From the human T2T-CHM13v2.0 reference genome, Homo sapiens, in NCBI RefSeq assembly GCF_009914755.1, contig NC_060932.1: 64,000 bases of DNA. One strand, given 5' to 3'. The first letter of the stretch is position 1, and every line of letters starts with the position of its first letter. The position numbers and the translations under genes were made by a program. The notes beneath the pieces were generated by a model. The model was not told the origin of the DNA and did not search any database. It saw only the letters and a program-made list of their open reading frames with translations. Positions 24,351-38,665 of the stretch are shown one piece after another.

Positions 24351-26079
24351 ATAATCTTCCCTTGGATGTATCTTGACTTTTTTCTTATTGTTTCCTGTTT
24401 ACCATTAGTGCCTTTTTAACTCTTCTGTAATTTATTTTTCTTCTTAGTTTTATAGCTCCCTTCCTCCTAGCTGTTGGACATAGAAGTAAAATGTAATTCA
24501 AGAAATAGCCTGGTTATTAAAATATATTGTCATAAACTTTTCACCTGGCACATTTGCTCTGTTTACCTTTATGCAAAACATGATGCATTATGTATAATGC
24601 TTTCTCCAGCTCGTCTATTAAAGGCAATTAAAGCAAAAGTAGGAATAATATTCTGCAGCTGCTTTTACCCCTAGGACCTTCTAGAAAAGGAACAAGATGG
24701 GCTTTGGTATTTATGAAATTTGTTGTTTGTTAGGGCTCTTAACTGAGGCTAACACAACCTTTCACATAATCTTAATTAGATTTGATGTTTTATTTGTCTT
24801 CATTAGGAGGCAGATTAATTTTTAATTAAAAAAGAAAAGATTACTGCATCACTGGATTATTAAAAAACAACTTTCCATTTCTTAATTCTATAAGCAAGAC
24901 ATAATTATAAATGACTAATGAATGTCTCAGGGCAATAATCTAATCCATTAAATTACCCACTTCTAATGGGACAAAGTAAAATATTCAAATAGTACTAATT
25001 GGAATATTTTTGAATATTACTTCCATGAATAATTTGAGTTAAAAACTAAAACTCTTAAAAGAGTTCTTGCCAGCATGAGAAACCTAGATTTCATTTTAGT
25101 ACCTTGTAAAACAGCTGGGTTTAGATCACAACATACTTAGTGGTAGCCTAAATTTTATTTGGTATTTATTGTTTTCTTCTTTTATTTTTACTTCAGAGTA
25201 TAACAGAAAAATATTTTTATGGGATAAGTTAAAATACAAAAACAAGACAAAGGAAGCAAAAACACAATTAAAACATTCCAATGTAGACACATAGATGCAT
25301 AAGATAATACTGCATTATAAGTAAATTGTAAAATGGTGTATTGAAGACAAAAAATAAGCAAGGCATTCTTTAAAAAAGAGAATTTATTGATTGAAGAGTT
25401 GCCCGTGGCAAGAAGAGGAAGTTAGATGCTATAATCCCAAACTGTTGCTTTCCTTACTGCTGTTTTCACATGATGGGAGAAGTTCAACAGTAGTTAGTAG
25501 AAAATAAATGAGTAAAACAGTAAAGGCCTAAAAGCCTGAAGTTTCTTGCTATCTAAATGTGAAGTACATAAACAGCTTGATATTCTTGGAATCTTTGCCT
25601 TCTTGGGAAAATCGTTGTCTATCACTTGCCATTGAAATTAACTTTAAAAGCCCAATCCACCCGGGGCAGCTCCCCACGTTGATAATGGAAGGGAATTGAA
25701 AAAGGTATGCTGGTAAGGAATTGATTCTAATGCTGGAAATTTAGACCATCCTCAGATATTCACTTCTCTATCATAATTTCCCCTCTAAATTCACAGGGTT
25801 GTTGGATAGCAATCCAAATCAAATGCCTCCTCCAAAAATTTATACTTCCTAAAGCATAAAAAATAAAATTTTGACCGTATTAGTTGCTTGGCAACCTTGA
25901 TCAACTGCAGTTCTGTGACTCCTTTGCCTCTTTGACCTACTCATCTCTTTCTCTTTCATTGAACTTATCGGGACTCACACATTAGCTTCTGGTTTGGAGC
26001 TATTCTTCAGTATGTAGAAGTTTCTAAAAGCAAACAGAAAATCACTTTTACTATAATGAAATCAAATTTAAGTCTGTTA

Positions 26080-27900
26080 AAATTGCAGCACTGGAATAAA
26101 ATAAATATTATATTTGGAGTAGAAAAAGAGAAAAAAACAAATTGAACTTAAATTTTTTTTCCTCCAAAGTGACCAATATTATTTTATTTTAGCATCATTA
26201 TAAACTTGTGCATTTAGACATTTTTGATAAGTTTCCATCTATTATCTCTTCATGTATGGCGGGTAAAAGATTCTTCATGTAGGCTCCTGGGTCCTGTTGA
26301 TAACTAAGTCATCTTTGGTAATTTCTTTGATTTTTGTTATGACAAGATGATCATGGCTAATCTTACATAAACATTTCTTCTCCTGGACCTGAAATCGGCC
26401 ATTTCTCCAATGGGCAGTTTTAGTGGAAAATAGTATTAAGAAGTCATAATCCAGGTCTTTTTAGTAGACAAAGCTAGGAAATGTTTGTTTTTTTGAGAAA
26501 ATACATTGTGAGTTCATTCTGATGTTTACATTTTCTCTTATGCTGAAAAACTGTAACTACATTAACATAACTACTTATTTACTCTATAATATTTTCAGAA
26601 TAACATTAGAAATATTATTAACATTGTGATTACTGAAAACAGTACATGATTTTTTTTGCAATTTTTTTTTTTTTTTGCCCTTAGAATCATTACAGTGTTT
26701 TATAGTCATTTGGAGTAATTTTTCTCTGTGAGGCTATGTTGCTAACTCAAAACAAAGTTAGATGCATTTGTTTCATTGTGCTTTTACTAAGCTTGTCTTT
26801 TTGGAAAATTTCATTTAGTTTTGTTGGCAGATGGTTCCAAAGTGGAAAAAAATATAAGATCTATTTAGATGAGTGTAGCTTTTAACCTTGTCTTTTCCCA
26901 TCCCCAGTTAAAAAAAAAAAACGATTCTGGTTTATCATTGTAGTTTTTAAGTAAGCCAACATAAAGCATAGTAATCACTTTCCCTGATCCTTTCTTTGAT
27001 AGTAACATACTATAAAGTTTTCTCTCTTTTCTTTTTTAGACCTATGAATATATGTATCACTCCATAGCAGCATGTGAAGATATTTAAGCTTTTTAAAATT
27101 TGTATTTCCATTTGCCTGGTACACCTTTGTTCATCCATTTACTTAAGTTTCAATGAGGTACAATTTATATACCTCATAAAGGTACCATATACCTCATGAG
27201 GTACCATAAAATTTGCTCATTTGAAGTGTACAGTTCAATGACTGTTAGTAAATTTACAGAGCTATGTAGACATCACCACAGTCCAATTTTACATTTCCAT
27301 CACCCAAAAAGATCCCTTGCACCCATCCATCCTTTTATTTTAAAGCTTTCTCAGTCTCTTTCTTTTAGATGTACCTCTCACATTCTGCACAATGTTGTCA
27401 TTTACTTCCCAAAAATATTTTAATAGGTGAATTATATCCATTTGTATTTAATAATACAACTGATGTTTGGCCTTAGCTCTGCCACTGTTTTATGACCTAT
27501 TTGTTTTTATGTCTCTTGTATTTGTAAATAAAATATCCAGTCTTTAGTTATGTGATTTTCTTGCCCTGCCAGTCTCTTGTCTTTGTATAATCTTTTTTGG
27601 TATTCAGGAAGGCTTTTATTTTTATTCTAAAGGTTATTATGCAAATATTTTATATAATATCCTTATGTCCTAATAGTTGTGGGGGATGCTATCTTTTGGC
27701 TCCCCACTATAATTAACTTTGAAATTCTCCCTTATTTTCCTCTCCCAAAACATCTAATTTGAAGTAATAACTTTTTATTTCCTGAAAATACCTACAGGAC
27801 AATCAGTAAATATATTCTATTTTACTTGCATTATTTCCCTTCTTGCATTTTCAGAGAAATGTGCTTTAGTTACATTGTCAGACTTATAATCACAGAATAT
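26080..27900 (-). mobile_element. Old L1M (MC/ME-type) fragments, including an L1MB-like 3' end at ~27145-27335
   Basis: CCTGAAATCGGCCATTTCTCCAA (L1MC-like 3' UTR) and GAGGTACAATTTATATAC..CATAAAATTTGCTCATTTGAAGTGTACAGTTC (L1MB/ME 3' end); boundaries approximate. Confidence 0.6.
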
Positions 27901-28227
27901 ATATTTTATGGTCTCCTTTATCATGTAGCTCTAGTTCTCTTCAGTAAGAAGTTTTGTTCTGTAAAGGAGTTTCAGTTAGTTTGAGAGTTCACAGGGCTAG
28001 ATCACCCCAGCACTATCCAACCTTTCTGAAGTCTGTAAGGTTGCCTCCAAGTTTTAGCTTCTCTCAAATTGATCTCTAAGAATTCTACCACTAATAGGAC
28101 CTTTAGAGATGATCAGGATGCTGGCAACCTGATATTTGGATTCTCTGAGCCGTCCCTTGCTGATACCATGCTAGTCTTGATGCTGCTGCTGATTTATTTT
28201 ACCCACTTGTATTCTGGAGTTCAAAGG

Positions 28228-28611
28228 TGTTGTATAATAAAGAATTTGACTGGGCTTTGTTGCTGGTTCCTCTAAAGTTCTTGGAACTCACCAATAGGAA
28301 AGTGTGTATTATTCATGAGCCCCTTGGATCACTCCTGAATTAATGCTAAGAATATGACTCAGGATGGGGGTAGAAAATGCCACAAAGATCAACTGTGTGA
28401 TTTGAGCCATATACATGTCTTTGAGCCACATGATTTCAGCCCAACTTCCCAAACTGCAGGGAATAGGGCTGATGATCAAGCTCAACCACATGGCCAATGA
28501 TTCAATCAACCATGTCTACATAATGAAACCCCAGTAAGAAACCTGAGTCCTGAAGCTTGGTAGAGCCTCTTGGTTGGTGAACATGTAGATGCGTGAGGAG
28601 GGTGATGTACC

Positions 28612-28613
<2 letters not shown>
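28228..28613 (+). mobile_element. MER77/MER21-family LTR, 3'-truncated
   Basis: TGTTGTATAATAAAGAATTTGACTGG start and CACATGGCCAATGATTCAATCAACCATGTCTACATAATGAAACCCCAGTAA block; cut off abruptly by the SMC5 retrocopy. Confidence 0.75.
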
Positions 28614-29352
<739 letters not shown>

Positions 29353-30763
29353 TTAAATTTTTATTGTAGGTCAAATTGTGACTTAGCAATCTGCTGTGTC
29401 TATGAAAAATTCCTAAAAATAGAATCTTCTGAAAAATAGCAAAAATAAACCATGAAAAAATAAAAAAAAAAACCTGAAGGTTCTGTAAAGTGAACAAGCA
29501 GACTTTTGGCAGGGAGACAACAATTGGAGGAAATAATCTACATAAGTTGAGTTTCACTTATTTTCTGTTCCTCTCCTGAGGGCACTAGAATTTGTGGCAT
29601 GGCACTGGTCAGCTAATGCCTCAATAGAAAAACATTCTCTCTTTTATTCCAGAAAAACTAGGAGAAGGAGCCAGGGCAATCAGAGCCAGCAGAGAATGAC
29701 ATGGGAGGTAAGAAAGGAGAGAGACAAATAATGGAACTCAAAAGTCTGGGCATCAACTTTGCCACTGGCTGACCCAGGAACCTCACAGGCACAGGGTACA
29801 TCAAAAACTTTCTTAACAGAGATTTCAGCTGCCAGGCTCTGCAGGTAAACAGGTTTCTAGTTTGCGTGGCACCAAGTTAATTGCCTGCTAAAACAAAAAC
29901 AACCACACATTTCTAAAGGGTAGAGCGGAACCCAGGGCCTCTTCAGCACAATATTTATAATGTCCTGGAAACATTTTAAAACTACTAAACATATGGAGAA
30001 CTGCAAAAATATGACCCACTGTCAGTGGAAAAGTTAATCACCAGATGGCAACTGCAAAATGTCCCTGATGTTGGGATGATGAGACAAAGACTTTAAAGTA
30101 AATATTTTAGCTATGGTCAATGAAGAAATTATGCTCATAGTGAACTGGAAGAATAGTAAATCTCATCAAAATGGAAAAAATATGTAAAAGAACCAAAAAG
30201 AATTCTAAAACTGAGAAATATATCCAAGATATCTGCTTAATCAGAGAGTGAATGTGACAAAGGAAAAAAAAAATCAACGAGCTTGGCGATGAATCAATAG
30301 GCCCCATTCAATCTGAAATTGTGAGAAAAAAAAAGTGATGAAAAAAATGAAGATGGTCCCAGAGAGCTCTGGAACAATTTCAATATAGTATGGGTAATTA
30401 TATTCTTAGAAAGAAAGGAGAGAGGGAGAAATAAACAGAAAAAAATTGACTGAAAATATTCCTAAATTACTGAAAGGCATAAATTCTACAAGTTCAGCAA
30501 ATGGCAAATTTGGATAGCTAAGTATGCCTAGGCACACCATAGTCAAGCTATAAGAAAAATTCTTGAAAGCAACCAAAAAAAAAAAAAAACAGAAACAAAA
30601 ACAAAAAAACAAAAAACTAACAAATTACATATGGGATATGACCATTTGTATAACTGTGGACTTTACATTAGAAATGAAGAAAGCTAGAAAATAGTAAAAA
30701 TAGATGTTTAAAGTCGTGAGAACAAAGATTGTCAATCTAACATTCTGTATCATCTTAAACCAG

Positions 30764-30928
30764 GCAAGGCATAGTGGTGCATGCTTGTAGTCCCAGCTAC
30801 TCGGGAGGTTGGGGCAGGAGCATTGCTTGAGCCAAGGAGTTTGAGCCTGTAGTGTGCAATGATTGTGCCTGTAAGTAGCTGCTGCACTCAAGCCTGGACA
30901 ACACAGTAAAGACTCCATCTCTTAAAAG
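30764..30928 (+). mobile_element. FAM (fossil Alu monomer)
   Basis: Monomer with the FAM-type insert TGTAGTGTGCAATGATTGTGCCTGTAAGTAGCTGCTGCACTC. Confidence 0.8.
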
Positions 30929-31074
30929 AGGTCCTCCTCAAATGAACATTAATTAATAGAAGCATATTAAATTTATTATCTGCGGATTCGCACTGTAAGG
31001 TATTCTAAAAATATTTCTTCAGATTGAAAGGAAATGTTATAGTAAAACTTGAATCTTTAAGAATAGAAAAGTCA

Positions 31075-31420
<346 letters not shown>

Positions 31421-31659
31421 CTATATTATTCCTTTTATTTCATTTAAAATATTTATGAATGTTTAAAAATTCTCACCATTTCGTGGGGTTAATAAGTAGA
31501 CTGCAAAAAGCTAACCATATATATTGCAATTCATGGAACAATCAAAATAATAAAGCAATTAGTAAAAAATACAATAGATAATTAGAATGATATTCTAAAA
31601 TAATATTTAAATAATAAAATAAGCAGAAAAGAGTAATAGAAGAAAAGAGAAAGATGGCT

Positions 31660-31775
31660 GTTTTTTTTTTTCTTTTTTTAGACAAGGTCTCACTGTTACC
31701 CAAGCAGGAGTACAATGGCACAATTACATCTCACTGCAGGCTTGTCTTCCCTGGGCTCAAGCAATCCTCCCGCCT
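31660..31775 (-). mobile_element. AluJ right-arm/monomer fragment
   Basis: Poly-T then GACAAGGTCTCACTG...GGGCTCAAGCAATCCTCCCGCCT. Confidence 0.85.
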
Positions 31776-33547
31776 TATAAATCAAGACAAAGAAGAGGCT
31801 TTAAATCTAACATAATCAAAAGAAAGAAAATAGTAAAGATCATTAGACAGCCTAAGAAAAAAAAGATAGGTGACCCAAATAAGTAAAATCAGAGATGAAA
31901 AAGGAGACATTACAACTCTTACCACAGGAATTTATGGAATAATTAGAGGCTACTATGAGGAACTATAAACCAATAAACTAAAAACCTAGAAGAAATGAAT
32001 AAATTCCTAGATACATACAACCTACCAAGAATGAACCATGAGGAAATATAAAACCTGAACAGACCAATAAAAAGTAATGAGATTAAAGCCATAATAAAAA
32101 GTAACCCAGCAAAGAACAGCCTGGGAACTGATGGCTCCACAGATTAATTCTACCAAACATTTAAAGAAAAATTCATATTAATCCTACTTAAATCTTCCAA
32201 AAAATGGAGTAGAAGGGAATACTTCCAAACTTATTCTATGAGGCCAGTATTACCATGATACCAAAAGAAGACAAACATCAAAAAAAGAAAACTACAGATC
32301 AATATCCCTATGAGCATTGAGGTAAAAATCCTCAACAAAATACTAGCAAAATGAATTCAACAAAACATTAAAAAGAACATTCAACATGGCCAAGTTGAAT
32401 TTATCCAAGGAATGCAAAGATGCTTAAACGTATGCAAATTAGTCAGTGTGACGCATTATATCAACAAAATAAAGGACAAAAACCATGTGATCATTTTAAT
32501 TGATGCTGAAAAGGCATTTGATAAAATTCAGCATCCCTTCATGATAAAATCCCTCAAAAAACTTAATACAGAAAGAACATAGCTCAACACAATAAAAACC
32601 ATAAATGACAAAACCACAACTAGTATCATACTGAATGGGAAAAACTGAAAACATTTTCTCTCAGATCTGGTACATGAAAAAGGAGCCCACTTTCACCACT
32701 GTTTTTCACCATAGTACTGGAAGCCAGAGCCATCAGACAACAGAAGGAAAGAGTATCTAAACTGGAAAGGAAGAAGTCAAACTATGCTTGTTTGCAGATT
32801 ATGTGATCTGAAGTTTACCAAAAAAAAAAAAAAAAAAAAAAAAAAGAAAGAAAGACTCCCTAAAAAACTATTAGAACTGTTAAACAAATTCAGTAAAGTT
32901 GCAAGATACAAAATAAACATACAAAAATCAGCAGCATTTCTATACAGCAAATAACTTCTAAAAGAAAATAATCCCTTTTACAATAGCTACAAATAAAAAG
33001 AAAGTACCTGGGAATTAACCAAAGAAGTGAAAGATCTCTACAATGAAAACTATAAAACACTGATGAAAGAAATTGAAGGGAAGACAAATAAATGAAAAGA
33101 TATTCCATGTTCATGAATTGAAAGAATCAATATTGTTAAAATGTCTATACTACTTAAAACAATCTAATAAGAAATTAATTTCTTATTTCTTATTAAATTA
33201 ATTCTTAATTATTAAAATTAATTAATTTCTTATTAAATTAATTTCTTATTAAAATACCAATGACATTCTTAACAGAAATACTAAAAATTACTAAAATTTA
33301 TGTGGAACCACAAAAGATCCAGCATGACCAAGCTATTCTAAGCAAAAAGATCAAAACTGAAGGAATCACATTACCTGACTTCAAATTATACTTCAAAGCC
33401 TTAGTAAGCAAACCAGTATGATACTGCATAAACCTGGATACATAGACTAGTGAAACTGACTAAAGGACCCAGAATGAAATTTCTATATCTACAGTGAATT
33501 CATTTTCAACAAAATTGCCAAGAACATACATTGGGGAAAGGACAGCT

Positions 33548-34511
33548 TGTAGGGTCCACCCTTACGTGGCTTAGTGGGTGTTCTCCCTCTGTGCGGAGAC
33601 AAGAGATTGTAAGAAATAAAGACACAAGACAAAGAGATAAAGAGAAAACAGCTGGGCCCGGGGGACTACTACCACCAAGACACAGAGACCTGTAGCCCCA
33701 AACGGCTGGGTGCGCTGATATTTACTGCATACAAGACAAGGGGGCAGGGTAAGGAGGGTGACTTTTCTAAGTGATTGACAAGGTGAAACAAGTCACGTGA
33801 TCAAAGGACGGGGGCCCTTCCCTTTTAGATAGCCAAAGCAGAGAGAGAGAAGGCAGCATACGTCAGCGTTTTCTTCTATGCACTTATAAGAAAGATAAAA
33901 AACTTTAAGACTTTCAGTATTCCTTCTACCGCTATGTACTATGAACTTCAAAGAGGAACCAGGAGTACGGGAGGAACATGAAAGTGGACAAGGAACATGA
34001 CCATTGAAGCACAGCACCACAGGGAGGGGTTTAGGCCTGTTGATGACTGCGGGCAGGCCTGGATAATATCTAGCCTTCCACAAGAAGCTGGTGGAGCAGA
34101 GTGTTCCCTGACTCCTCCAAGGAAAGGAGAGTGCCTTTTGCGGTCTGCTAAGTAATGGGTGTCTTCCCAGACACTGGCGTTACTGCTTGACCAAGGAGCC
34201 CTCAAGCGGCCCTTATGCGGGCGTGATGCAAGGCTCAGCTCTTGCCTTCTAGGTCACTTCTCACAATGTCCCTTCAGCAAATGACCCTATACCCGCCGGT
34301 TATTCCTAGGTTATATTAGTAATGCAACAAAGACCAATATTAAAAGCTAATGATTAATAATGTTTATCATAATGATTGATAATTGTCCATGTTCATCTCT
34401 ATATCTAATTTGTATTATGACTATTCTTATTCTAATTATTTTCTTTATTATACTGAAACAGTTCGTGCCTTCAGTCTCTTGCTTCTGCACCTAGGTAATC
34501 CTCCGCCCACA
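33548..34511 (-). mobile_element. LTR13 (ERVK class) solo LTR inserted in L1 ORF2
   Basis: TG...CA termini; reverse complement begins TGTGGGCGGAGGATTACCTAGGTGC; ~960 bp. L1 sequence GGAAAGGACAG|CTCTTCAATAAA resumes across it. TSD imperfect. Confidence 0.88.
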
Positions 34512-35658
34512 AAAGGCCTCTTCAATAAATAGTGCTGGGAAAATTAGATATCTACATGCAAAAGAATGAAACTAGATCCCTCTTTGTACATACACAAAAA
34601 GGAAATCAAAATAGATTAAAGATGTAAATCTAAGATCTCAAATTATGAAATTACTAAAATAAAGCATTGAGGAAACCGTCCAGGACATTGGACTGGGCGA
34701 AGGTTTCTTGAGTACTACCCCATAAGCACAGGCAACTAAAGCAAAAATGAACAAATGGAATCACAGCAAGTTAAAGAAAACTTCTGCACAGCACAGGAAA
34801 CAATCAGCAAAGTGACAGGAAAATCTGCAAAATGGGAGAAAATATTTGAAAACTATCCATCTGATGAGGGATTAATAACCAGAATATATAAGGAAGTCAA
34901 ACAACTCTATAGGAAGAAAAATCAAATAATCCAAATAAAAAAGGGCAAAAATTTAAATAGACGTGTCTCAAAAGACATACGAATGGCAAACAGGTATATG
35001 AAAAGGTGCTCAACATCACTGTTCAGCAGAGAAATGCAAATCAAAACTACAATGAGAGATCATCTCACCCCAGTTAAAATGCCTTTTGTACAAGACAGGC
35101 AGTAGCAAATGCTGGTGAGGATGTGGAGGAAAGGGAAACCTTGTACACTACTGGTAGGGATGTAAATTAGTACAACCACTATGGAGAGCACTTTAGAGGT
35201 TCCTCAAAAAACTATAAATAGACCTACCATATGATCCATCAATTCTACTCCTAAGTATATACCTTAAATAAAGGAAATCAGTATATCAAAGACATATCTT
35301 CACTCCGATGTTTATGGCAGCACCATTCACAGTAGCCAAACTTGGAAGCAAACTAAGTGTCCATCGACAGATGAATGGATAAAGAAAATGTGGTACATAC
35401 ACACAACAGAGTGTTATTCAGCCATAAAATGAATAAGATCCAGTCATTTGCAACAACATGGATGGAGAAGTTATTATGTTAAGTAAAATAAGCCAGGCAC
35501 AGAAAGACCAACTTCATATGTTTTCACTTATTTGTAGGAGGTAAAAATTAAAACAATTGAGCTCATGGAGATAGAATAGAACAACATTTACCTGAATCTG
35601 GGGAGTGTAGTGGTGTTGGGAGGGAGAGTGGCTAACGGGTAAAAAAATATAGTTAGGA

Positions 35659-35987
<329 letters not shown>

Positions 35988-35993
35988 TATATG

Positions 35994-36113
35994 GTGTATT
36001 GTTGGATTCAATTTGCCAAATTTCTTGAAATATTTTCATCTGTGTTCATGAGACATACTGTTCTGTAGTTTTATTTCATGTCTTTAGTTTTGATATCTCA
36101 GTGACATTGTCCT
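35994..36113 (-). repeat. Inverted 120-bp copy of 37321-37440
   Basis: Manual alignment: 115/120 identical, no gaps. Confidence 0.96.
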
Positions 36114-36143
36114 TACTATATATATAGTTATATATATATAAAA

Positions 36144-36315
36144 CTTTTGAAGAACCTACAGCAAACATCACACTTAATGTTAAAATATTAAGTTTTCTTC
36201 TTAATATTGGGAGCAAAGCAAAAATGTCCATTCTGACCATTTCTATTAAACATTGAATTGGAGATTCTAGCAAGTCAAATAAGGCAAAAATAATTATATA
36301 GTAACATAGATGGAT
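36144..36315 (+). repeat. Direct 172-bp copy of 37679-37850
   Basis: Manual alignment: 164/172 identical, no gaps; near-identical ORF-track peptides (36076-36273 vs 37653-37997). Confidence 0.96.
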
Positions 36316-36839
36316 ATATATATCTATCTATATATGTAACTATATATAGTTACTATAAATATATAGTTATATATAGTTACATACATAGATATATATATCC
36401 ATCTATGTTACTATTTATAGTTGTATATATAGTTTATATATGGTATAAACTATATATAGTTTATACTGTACAAACATCTGTACATCTGTACAAACATACA
36501 AAATTCAGCAAACAATCTGTATGTGTATATATATATATATATATGGTTATATAGTTAGGAACAATGAATAAGAATGAAGAAGATCTGGTATTCAGTAGCA
36601 CAGCAGGGTGACTACAGTCAACAATAACTCATTGTACATTTAAAAATAGCTAGAAGTGTAAAATTGGCTCCTTTTGTAACAAAAGGAAAGGATAAATGCT
36701 CAAGATGATGGATCCTCCATTTCCCTTGATGGATTACTATGCATTGTATGCCTATGTCACAGAATCTCTTGTGCCCCACAAATATATGCGCCTACTATAT
36801 GCCCACGAAAATAAAAATTTAAAATTTAAAAATTTAAAC

Positions 36840-38665
36840 AGAGATACTAAAGACCAGACTTAAGTTTAAAAACAAAACAATAAAATGTACCTATGAAACA
36901 AAAACCTGGTTCTTTGAGTAAATTAATTAAATCGATAAACTTCTAGTCAGACCAAAAAAAGAGAAAAAAAAACAATAATGGGAGTGATGAGGTTGACATC
37001 ATTAGAGATCAAATAGATATTTGATGGATATTAAAATAATATTGTGAACAACATTATGCTAAAAAATTTGAACACGTGAAAAGCAAATATAATTTTCTTG
37101 AAAAACGTAAACTATTAAACTCACTTAGGAAGGAATAGACCAACTTGATTGCCCCTTGTCTATTAAAATAATTAAAATTTGCTTTTACATTTCTTCCAAC
37201 AAAGAAACTTACAAGTGTAATTGTTTTTTACTATAATTCTATCAAAAAAATTAAGAATAAGTATCACCAGTTATTCACAGTGTCTTTCAGAATAAGAACT
37301 ATATTCCAACTCACTCTGTGAGGACACAGTCACTGTGATATCAAAAGTAAAGACATGAAATAAAACTACAGAACAGTATGTCTCATGAACACAGATGAAA
37401 ATATTTTAAGAAATTTGGCAAATTGAATCCAACAATACACAAAAAATGAATGCACTATGACCCAGTGGGCTCTATTGCCAGAAGGTAAAGTTGATTTCAC
37501 GTTCTTAAATGAAACAATGAAATTTACCACTTTAAATAATTAAAAATTAAAAGTTGAGAAAAGATATGATCATCTCTTCAGCCACAGAAACATCCTTGAC
37601 AACGTTCTACACCAACTTCTGATAATAAATCCTAAACAAAGTAGGAATATTATTAAACTTTCTTAACCTGGCAAAGATCTTTTGAAGAACCTACAGCAAA
37701 CATCACACTTAATGTTGAAATATTAACTTTTCCCCTTAATATTGGGAGCACAGCAAAAATGTCCATTCTCACCATTTCTATTAAACATCGAATTGGAGAT
37801 TCCAGCAAGTCAAATAAGGCAAAAATAATTATATAGTAACATAGATGGATGATAGATGAATAGATAGAAAGATAGATAATCAAGCAAATAAATAGCATAT
37901 AAATGAGAAAGGAAGATGTAAAACTATCTTTCTTTGTAAGCGGCGTGAAAAGTTGGCATTTTTTGGCTTGTGGATGGTCTTTTCTCTGTGTCTTCACGTT
38001 GTCTTCCTTCTAAATCTTACCCCTTTCTATAAGGACACCAGTCATATTGGATTAGAGCTCACTTTACACCAGTATGGCCCTCATTTTAACTTAACTAATT
38101 AAATTCACAATGACCCTATTTCCAAATAAGTTCACATTCCAAAATACTGGGGATTAGGAATCCAACATATGAATTTTTGAAAGACATAATTCAACCAATA
38201 TCATACCTCTAAAACCAGAAACAACCTAAATATATATCAACAGGAAAATGGACAATTTTGCTGTGTTTATATCATGGGATACAATTTAGCAATAAAAAAC
38301 AGTGACCAACAATTGATACTTGTAAAATAACAGATTCATTTCAAAATAAGTACGTAAAGTGAGAGAAGCCAGGCCAAAAAAAGTACATGCTTTATGATTA
38401 CATATATATAAATTCCTAGAAAATGCAAATTAATATATAGTGACAGAAAGAGGATTAATGTTTACCTGCAGATGGGGAGGGAGGTTTGTAGGAATGCAAA
38501 GGGGACCTAGGGGCAGAGATTACAAATGAGCATGAGAAAACATTTATCATCTTGATTGTCAGGTTGATTTCACAGATATATGCACATATGAATTCTTGTG
38601 TTATGCAATTTAAATACATGCAGATTTTACTATATAAATTCTACCTCAATAAAGATCTTTTTTAA
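36840..38665 (+). mobile_element. Old L1M (MC/ME) ORF2 remnant and 3' end, interrupted by MLT1
   Basis: Decayed ORF2 (AAACCTGGTTCTTTGAG...; CTATGACCCAGTGGG); 3' end ...TAGTGACAGAAAG...ATTCTACCTCAATAAAG. Confidence 0.75.
37950..38203 (-). mobile_element. MLT1B/C LTR fragment
   Basis: TATAAGGACACCAGTCATATTGGATTAG...ACCCTATTTCCAAATAAG...AATTCAACCAATATCA. Confidence 0.85.

Noticed and set aside
25165-25200. Strong polypyrimidine tract plus CAG acceptor-like site
   Set aside because: No following ORF or convincing donor; common in AT-rich DNA.
35972-36548. Alu 3' transduction
   Set aside because: The extra sequence has donors 1.3-1.5 kb away in both orientations and does not end in a second poly-A, so local templating fits better.
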